This document shows, piece by piece, positions 58,448 to 64,000 of a stretch of 64,000 nt of DNA; the stretch's first letter is position 1, and every line of letters starts with the position of its first letter. Below the pieces are notes generated by a model. That model saw nothing but the letters and a program-made list of their open reading frames with translations. It did not search any database and was not told the DNA's origin. This DNA is from an uncultured Bifidobacteriaceae bacterium (GTDB taxonomy: Bacteria; Actinomycetota; Acidimicrobiia; IMCC26256; DASPTH01): NCBI GenBank assembly GCA_964505725.1, contig CAZDJK010000048.1, forward strand, positions 690 through 64,689. The letters are read 5' to 3'. The position numbers were made by a program, and so were the translations under genes.

Positions 58448-58810
58448 TCAGGACGGGCCGCGGATCGGGATGGGCTCCACCCCGATCGCGCGCAGCGACT
58501 CCGGCGACCAGCCCGCGTCGTCGCCGTAGTAGCCGAAGAGGTGCTCGACTGCCTCGAGCACCTTCGGCTCGAGCTCGGGCCACCGCTCCGCCGGCGCCTC
58601 CACCGTCACCACGTTGGAGTACACGGTCACCGACTCGGCACCCATCGCGAACAGGCGCGCCGCGAGCACGTCGGGCGGACGGTCACCCTTGGCCGACTCG
58701 GCCGACGCGTAGCGCTCGATGGCCATGCCGGTGAGCGAGCGATTGGCGTCGAACATGCGTACCGCGGGCGACGCCCCGGCGCGGACGGTGACGGTGATGA
58801 GCTGCCCCAC
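58448..58810 (-). CDS. Hypothetical protein, possibly Nfu/NifU N-terminal-like
   Basis: FDANRSLTGM, PPDVLAARLF and VYSNVVTV motifs; TAAGCT upstream of the GTG. Confidence 0.55.
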   Translation of the reverse strand: MGQLITVTVRAGASPAVRMFDANRSLTGMAIERYASAESAKGDRPPDVLAARLFAMGAESVTVYSNVVTVEAPAERWPELEPKVLEAVEHLFGYYGDDAGWSPESLRAIGVEPIPIRGPS

Positions 58811-58865
58811 GGGACGGGAGCTTACCGAGGCGCGTCCGCGGCGAACGGAGTGAGCGACGGACCGC

Positions 58866-59435
58866 TCAGCTGTTGCGACCGAGCGCGGCGAGGAGAAGGG
58901 TCTGCGGGCCGGCGTCGGCGGGCACCGCCTGGGGCGTGCCGAACGCACCGCTGCCCTGCAACGCCGCGAGCTGCGGCTCGAGCACGGCCCAGCAGGCGTC
59001 GACGAGATCGGGTGGCAACGAGGTGTCCTGCCCCGTCGACTTCGCGACGTCCCATCCGTGCACGAGCACGTCGATGAACCGGTGGCCGCAGTACACCGAT
59101 CCCGGGACCGGGCCGTACGAGACCGCGCACGGTGCGTCGAGCGCGCCCGGCGCACGGAACGCCGCGTCCGCCACCGACGCCGAACGGTCGTAGGCCGCGA
59201 GCGGATCGTCGCCGAGCACGTCGCCGTCGAGGCGGTCGCCCACCTCCTCGATCGTCTTGCCGCCCGCGAGCTCGGCCGCCCATTCGTTGCCGGTCACGAT
59301 GTGGTTGACGAGCTCGCGCACGGTCCAGTCGTCGCAGTCGGAGACGACCGCCCACTGGTCGTCACCCACACCGGCCACGTACCCGCGCGTCACTGCTAGC
59401 GCGCGCGCGTGCACCTCGGGCAGATCGACGTCCAT
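58866..59435 (-). CDS. TIGR03086-type (MDMPI/DinB-like) metal-binding protein
   Basis: W...SDC.DWTVRELVNH and VLVHGWDVA motifs; GGAGG RBS. Confidence 0.88.
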   Translation of the reverse strand: MDVDLPEVHARALAVTRGYVAGVGDDQWAVVSDCDDWTVRELVNHIVTGNEWAAELAGGKTIEEVGDRLDGDVLGDDPLAAYDRSASVADAAFRAPGALDAPCAVSYGPVPGSVYCGHRFIDVLVHGWDVAKSTGQDTSLPPDLVDACWAVLEPQLAALQGSGAFGTPQAVPADAGPQTLLLAALGRNS

Positions 59436-59485
59436 GCTCTCCTCCTGGTCTCGCTGAGTTCGGCTGGTCTCGCTGATCTCGACGC

Positions 59486-60169
59486 CTACGCGAACAGCCG
59501 TCCGGGCGGCGGGGGCACGCCGGGCCAGCACAGGTGCTCCATGAAGATCCACGAGCGACGGTGGATCGCGCTCGGACCGTAGCCGCGCAGGGCGGCCTTG
59601 TGCACGGGTGCCGGGTAACCGACGTTCGATTCGAAGTCGTACGCCGGGTAGTTCACCGCCTGGTCGACCATCATCGCGTCGCGCGTCACCTTCGCCACGC
59701 AGGACGCGGCGGCGACCGCGAGGCACGTGACGTCGGCCTTGACCACCGTGGTGACGCGGGCACCGAGGCCCAGATAGTCGTAGTTGCCGTCGAGCACGAT
59801 CCGCTCGGGGACGTAGCCCTGCGCCTCCACCTGCGCGAGCGCGCGTCGCCCCGCGGCACGCAGCGCCGCGGTCATGCCGAGCTCGTCGCACTCGGCGTGC
59901 GAGGCGTGGCCGACACCGATGGCGACGGCCCAGCCCCCGACGGCGCGCGCGGCACGCTCGCGCTCCGGGCGGGTGAGCTGCTTCGAGTCGCGGACGCCCC
60001 GGAGGTGCTCGGGCGCGGGAACGACCGCCGCGACCGTCACCGGGCCGGCCCACGCGCCCCGCCCGACCTCGTCGATCCCGACGACGACGCGGTGGCCGCT
60101 CTCCCAGAGCTTCCGCTCGAGGCGGAGCGTAGGGAACTGCGGTCGCGCGGCGGTCCTGGCGGCGGGCAC
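59486..60169 (-). CDS. rnhB: Ribonuclease HII
   Basis: GIDEVGRGAWAGP, VRDSKQL, LDGN, VKAD, AAASCVAKVTRD and HRRSW motifs. Confidence 0.95.
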   Translation of the reverse strand: MPAARTAARPQFPTLRLERKLWESGHRVVVGIDEVGRGAWAGPVTVAAVVPAPEHLRGVRDSKQLTRPERERAARAVGGWAVAIGVGHASHAECDELGMTAALRAAGRRALAQVEAQGYVPERIVLDGNYDYLGLGARVTTVVKADVTCLAVAAASCVAKVTRDAMMVDQAVNYPAYDFESNVGYPAPVHKAALRGYGPSAIHRRSWIFMEHLCWPGVPPPPGRLFA

Positions 60170-60222
60170 GCGCCGGACGCTACCAACCCGGGTTCCGGCA
60201 CCGACGGAGCCGGCGGCCCCGG

Positions 60223-60642
60223 CTACTCGAGGCGCCCGATGTTGGCGCCCTCCGCGGGATCGGCCGCGGTTGCGAACCAGGCGTCGAGCATCTCGCGGGC
60301 CACCTCGGGGGTCGCGAGGCGCAGGCTCATGACCAGCACGTTCGCGTCGTTCCAGCGGCGGGCCCCGGCGGCGGTCGCGGCATCGGTACAGAGCGCCGCA
60401 CGCGCGCCCCGTACCTTGTTGGCCGCGATCGACGCCCCGGTCCCCGTCCAGCAGAACAGGACGGCGGTGGCGACGTCGCCCCCGGCGACGAGCTCCCCGA
60501 CCTCGCGCCCGACCTCCGCCCACTGCTTGTCCTCGCCCGCGGGCGGCCCGACGACGACGACCTCGTGGCCCCGGCTCTCGAGGTCGGCCAGCACCGCGTC
60601 GGTGAGGGCGGTGCGCTCGTCGGACCCGAGCGCAACCTTCAC
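60223..60642 (-). CDS. rpiB: RpiB/LacA/LacB family sugar-phosphate isomerase
   Basis: LGSDE, CWTGTGASIAANKV.G.RAALC and WNDANVL motifs. Confidence 0.8.
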   Translation of the reverse strand: MKVALGSDERTALTDAVLADLESRGHEVVVVGPPAGEDKQWAEVGREVGELVAGGDVATAVLFCWTGTGASIAANKVRGARAALCTDAATAAGARRWNDANVLVMSLRLATPEVAREMLDAWFATAADPAEGANIGRLE

Positions 60643-61271
60643 GTCAATGCGCGCCGGACGTCGGCCAACGTGGTGAACGGCTCGTACGCCACACCCGAGA
60701 GGTCGCACCAGCTCGCCAGCGACCCCTTGGCGAACACCACCTCGGCGAGCATCGCGGCCTTGCGGTCGCTGATGCCGTCGCCCACGAGCACGGTGGTCCG
60801 GTGGCGATACCGCGCTTCCTTGATCGGCGCCTGCTTGCACACGCCGCAGCTCGTGCAGGGACAGCAACGGTCCTCGTGGGGGAACTCGAGCTCACCGGTG
60901 GCGAAGTCGACCGTGTTGGTCAGCACGTCGACGCCCGCGGCGGTGCACGCGTCGTGCACGTAGAAGCCGAAGCCGTCGGACACGACCGTCACTTCCGCGC
61001 CGGCGGCGCGCAGCTCGCGTACGAGGGGCTCGAAGTCGGGGTCGAGCGGAACCTCGGCCGCCACCTCGCGGAGCAGGTCCTCGTCGCCCTGCACCAGGTC
61101 CCACTCGTCGATCAGGCACTCGCGGCTGCCGATCTCGCCGCGGGCGTACCGGGCGTCGATCTCCCGCCAGTCGCCGGTTCCCACCCGCTCCAGGATGTGG
61201 ACGCCGACGTCGCGCACGGTGATGGTGCCGTCGAAATCGAGGAACACCGACGCGCGCAAGAGGTCGATCAC
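60639..61271 (-). CDS. HAD phosphatase, MtnX-like
   Basis: FLDFDGTIT, VVSDGF, CGVCK and VGDGISD motifs. Confidence 0.82.
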   Translation of the reverse strand: MIDLLRASVFLDFDGTITVRDVGVHILERVGTGDWREIDARYARGEIGSRECLIDEWDLVQGDEDLLREVAAEVPLDPDFEPLVRELRAAGAEVTVVSDGFGFYVHDACTAAGVDVLTNTVDFATGELEFPHEDRCCPCTSCGVCKQAPIKEARYRHRTTVLVGDGISDRKAAMLAEVVFAKGSLASWCDLSGVAYEPFTTLADVRRALT

Positions 61272-61313
61272 GACCTCGCAGGGTAGCGGCCGCTCCCGGA
61301 ACGAGAACCGGAA

Positions 61314-63719
61314 CTAGAAGTGGTGCGGCACCGAGACGACTGCGACGTCGGGCTCGAAGAGGAGCCGCGCCTTCATCTGCAGCGCGCGATGGTTGTGGAG
61401 GCCGTGCTGCCACCACTTGGGCACGAACTCGCCGATCACCACCGTGACAAGGTCGGCCCCTTCGCCCTTCAGCGCGTCGACCTCCTGCAGCAGGGGATCG
61501 TCGATCTCGCGGTACGGCGCGGCGACGACGTCGAGCGGCACCGGGATGCCCTCCTCGAGCCACCTCTCCTCGAGCGACTCGGCGTCCTCGGGGAGCTCGG
61601 CGATGTGGACGGCGCGCACGCGATCGGGCCCGAGCAGCTCGGCGACCCGCAACGCCTCGCGCACGCCGGCGTGGAGGTTGGCCACCGGCACGAGCGCGAC
61701 GTGAAAGCGCGGCGGGCGCGCCACGAGCGTCCGGTCCTGGCCCAGCGTGGGGAGGTTCACGACGACGACGCCGGGTTCGAAGAGCATCCCCGCCTTGAGC
61801 CGCAGCGCGGCATTGTGCCGCACGATGGCGCGGATGCGGGCGTCCTCGATGGTCTCGGGCACCACGACCGCGACGACGTGGCCGGGCGTCTCGGCCCGCT
61901 CGGTGCGGACGACGCCACGCGCGGTCCGCACGAGCCCGCGCTGCAGGGGCACGAATTCGAGCGGGCGGCCGTACCGGGCCCAGAACGCGGCGCCGAGGTT
62001 GCGGTCCTCGGCGCCCACGTGCACCGCCCGCACCTTGTCCGCGTCGAGGTGGTCGACGTAGCGCATGGCGCGGTCGAGGCCGTCGTCGACGCGGGACACG
62101 AGCACGACCGCGTCCAGCCCGGACGCGCGGCTCGACGCGAGGTCGAGGTCGGGCGAGTCGAGCCCTGCGGCCACGTGGTCATAGTGCTTGTTCACCCGCA
62201 CCAGCACCGCGACCGTCAGCGGGACGACCACCATGATGATCCACGCACCATGGGTGAACTTGGTGATCGCGATCACGACGCCGACGACCCCGGTGGCGAT
62301 TGCGCCGATGCCGTTGATGAACAGGCCCTTCCGCCAGCCTTCCTCCTTGATGGTCAGGTGGCGGCGCGCCATCCCGGCCTGCGACAGCGTGAACGACGTG
62401 AAGACGCCGATCGCGTAGAGCGGGATCAGGTTGTGGACGTCGGCCTGGAAGATGACGGTCAGCACCGTCGCCAGCGCGGCGAGGGCGATGATGCCGTTGG
62501 CGAACACGAGCCGGCGGCCCCGCCGGGTGAGCGGCGAGGGGAGGAAGTGGTCGTGGGCGTGGAAGCTCGCGAGGCGCGGGAAGTCCGCGAACGACGTGTT
62601 CGCGGCGAGCACGAGGATGAGCATCGTGGCGACCTGGACGATGAAGAAGCCGAAGTCGCCGAGCGGGCTGTGACCGACGATCGCCCGGGCGATCTGGCTG
62701 ATGACCGTCGTCTTGTCGCTCGGGACCGGCTTGAGCCGCGAGGCGAGGTAGGAGATCCCGAGGAACATCGCGCCGAGGAGCACCCCGAGCCACGCCATCA
62801 CCTTGCGCGCGTTCACCCATTCCACCGGCTTGAACGCGGGAACCCCGTTCGAGATCGCCTCGACGCCGGTCATCGCGGTCGAACCGCTCGCGAACGCGTG
62901 CAGGAGCATGAAGAGACCGAGCGACCCACCGACGGTGGTTGCGGTGGCGTGCGGGTGGATGGGCGACAGGTCACCCGCAGCGGCGCGCGCGAGCCCGATC
63001 ACCACCAGCAGCAGCACCGACACGACGAAGAGGTACGTGGGCACCGCGAAGATGCGGCCCGATTCCCGGACGCCGCGCAGGTTCATCCACGCGATGACCC
63101 AGATGAGGAAGACCGCGAGCACGACGCGGTAGGGGTAGATGGCGGGCAGCGCCGAGTACATGGCGGCGACCCCGGCGGACACGCTGACCGCGACGGTGAG
63201 GATGTAGTCGGTGAGGAGCGCGACGCCGGCCACCTGGGCCGGGAGCAGGCCGAAGTTGTCGCGGGTGACGATGTACGCGCCGCCGGCGCTCGGGTACGCC
63301 TTGATCGTCTGCCGGTACGAGAACACCAGGATCACGAGCAGCAGCACGATCCCGGCGGAGAGCGGCATGAGGGTGCCGAACGCGAGGCTCCCCGCCCCCG
63401 CGAGGAGGAGCACGGTGAGCATCTCCTCCGTCGCGTACGCCACCGAGGAGAGCGCGTCGCTGGCGAACACCGCGAGCGCGGTGCTGTTGCCGAGGCGCTC
63501 GTGCATCTCCTGGTCGGTCCGGAGCTTGCGCCCGAAGAAGAGGTTGGCGGCGCCGGCCCGCCGCGTCGACAGACGCGGTGGCCCCTTCGGTGCGGCGCCG
63601 TCGGGCGGGCGCGGTGGAGCCGCGGTGGTTGAGCCGTCCGGGCCGGCAGCGTTCGGGCTGCCGCGCCCCCGATCTAGGCTCTCGCCGGTGGAGGTGCCCG
63701 AGAGCGTCTTCGCCACCAC
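61314..63719 (-). CDS. kimA: KimA/YdaO-type APC potassium transporter with two cytosolic C-terminal domains
   Basis: LAVFASDALSSVAYATEE, YPSAGGAY, DYILTVAVSVSAG, TGVEAISNG, NTSFADFPRL and IPLYAIGVF motifs. Confidence 0.8.
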   Translation of the reverse strand: MVAKTLSGTSTGESLDRGRGSPNAAGPDGSTTAAPPRPPDGAAPKGPPRLSTRRAGAANLFFGRKLRTDQEMHERLGNSTALAVFASDALSSVAYATEEMLTVLLLAGAGSLAFGTLMPLSAGIVLLLVILVFSYRQTIKAYPSAGGAYIVTRDNFGLLPAQVAGVALLTDYILTVAVSVSAGVAAMYSALPAIYPYRVVLAVFLIWVIAWMNLRGVRESGRIFAVPTYLFVVSVLLLVVIGLARAAAGDLSPIHPHATATTVGGSLGLFMLLHAFASGSTAMTGVEAISNGVPAFKPVEWVNARKVMAWLGVLLGAMFLGISYLASRLKPVPSDKTTVISQIARAIVGHSPLGDFGFFIVQVATMLILVLAANTSFADFPRLASFHAHDHFLPSPLTRRGRRLVFANGIIALAALATVLTVIFQADVHNLIPLYAIGVFTSFTLSQAGMARRHLTIKEEGWRKGLFINGIGAIATGVVGVVIAITKFTHGAWIIMVVVPLTVAVLVRVNKHYDHVAAGLDSPDLDLASSRASGLDAVVLVSRVDDGLDRAMRYVDHLDADKVRAVHVGAEDRNLGAAFWARYGRPLEFVPLQRGLVRTARGVVRTERAETPGHVVAVVVPETIEDARIRAIVRHNAALRLKAGMLFEPGVVVVNLPTLGQDRTLVARPPRFHVALVPVANLHAGVREALRVAELLGPDRVRAVHIAELPEDAESLEERWLEEGIPVPLDVVAAPYREIDDPLLQEVDALKGEGADLVTVVIGEFVPKWWQHGLHNHRALQMKARLLFEPDVAVVSVPHHF

Positions 63720-63738
63720 GCCATCCTCCCGGTGGCGT

Positions 63739-63789
63739 CGTCAAGAGACCGTCAGCGGCTCCTGGTGACGCGTCAAGATCGCGTCAAGA
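63739..63789. promoter_or_regulatory. CGTCAAGA direct repeats (putative OmpR/KdpE-type binding sites)
   Basis: Copies at 63739, 63771 and 63782; the last two have an 11-bp period. Confidence 0.5.
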
Positions 63790-64000
63790 TCGGGCTCGGC
63801 GGGGCGGCGGCGCTGGCGCTCGTGGTCGTGGCCACCGTCGTGTGCCGGCTCCTCGACGTCGATCTCACGGTGGCGGCCCTCGTGCTGCTGGTCGCGGTGC
63901 TCGTGGCGACCCTGCTCGGCTGGATTCCGGGGGCGGTCGCGACACTCGCCGGGTTCCTCGCGCTCAACTACTCGTTCACCGCGCCGACCGGCAGCTTCGA
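63765..64000 (+). CDS. DUF4118 (KdpD-like TM) sensor kinase N-terminus, partial
   Basis: Hydrophobic helices ending in LALNYSFTAPTGSF, resembling the KdpD N.FF..P..S motif; runs off the window. Start uncertain. Confidence 0.65.
   Translation, partial: MTRQDRVKIGLGGAAALALVVVATVVCRLLDVDLTVAALVLLVAVLVATLLGWIPGAVATLAGFLALNYSFTAPTGSF

Noticed and set aside
65-63967. Numerous long Arg/Ala/Pro-rich ORFs in the six-frame track (e.g. 65..2155, 28893..31949 5' part, 56051..59077)
   Set aside because: Antisense or off-frame shadows of real genes, expected at very high GC; no family motifs.

Overview
High-GC actinobacterial chromosomal DNA. The gene content and pervasive leaderless promoters suggest class Acidimicrobiia (inference). 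About 60 densely packed genes: central metabolism (pckG, galK, gltB, purK, etfAB), cell wall (ddl), repair and RNA-polymerase-associated functions (uvrD2, xth, an Fe-S PD-(D/E)XK nuclease, helD, rnhB, and a split imuAB/dnaE2 mutagenesis cassette with LexA boxes), and ion transport (CtpE-like P-type ATPase, MgtE plus PhoU/RCK_C pair, KimA-like K+ transporter facing a KdpD-like sensor). A signalling island contains a two-component system, a receiver-nucleotide cyclase fusion and a cNMP-binding protein. No tRNA, rRNA, CRISPR array or intact IS/prophage was seen. The most interesting signals lie outside the ORF track: (i) a ~450-nt structured intergenic element with Ms1-like motifs upstream of uvrD2, with a stand-alone sigma-region-4 protein downstream of uvrD2; (ii) a promoter-backed, rod-shaped, 6S-like candidate sRNA at ~36930-37060; (iii) a cyclase with an atypical specificity residue next to a truncated ABC permease; (iv) a KimA with a duplicated cytosolic domain; (v) a perfect 22-bp palindrome at the split point of the imu cassette; (vi) a decayed patch at 48.5-49.7 kb. 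Family assignments come from motif recognition, not database searches.
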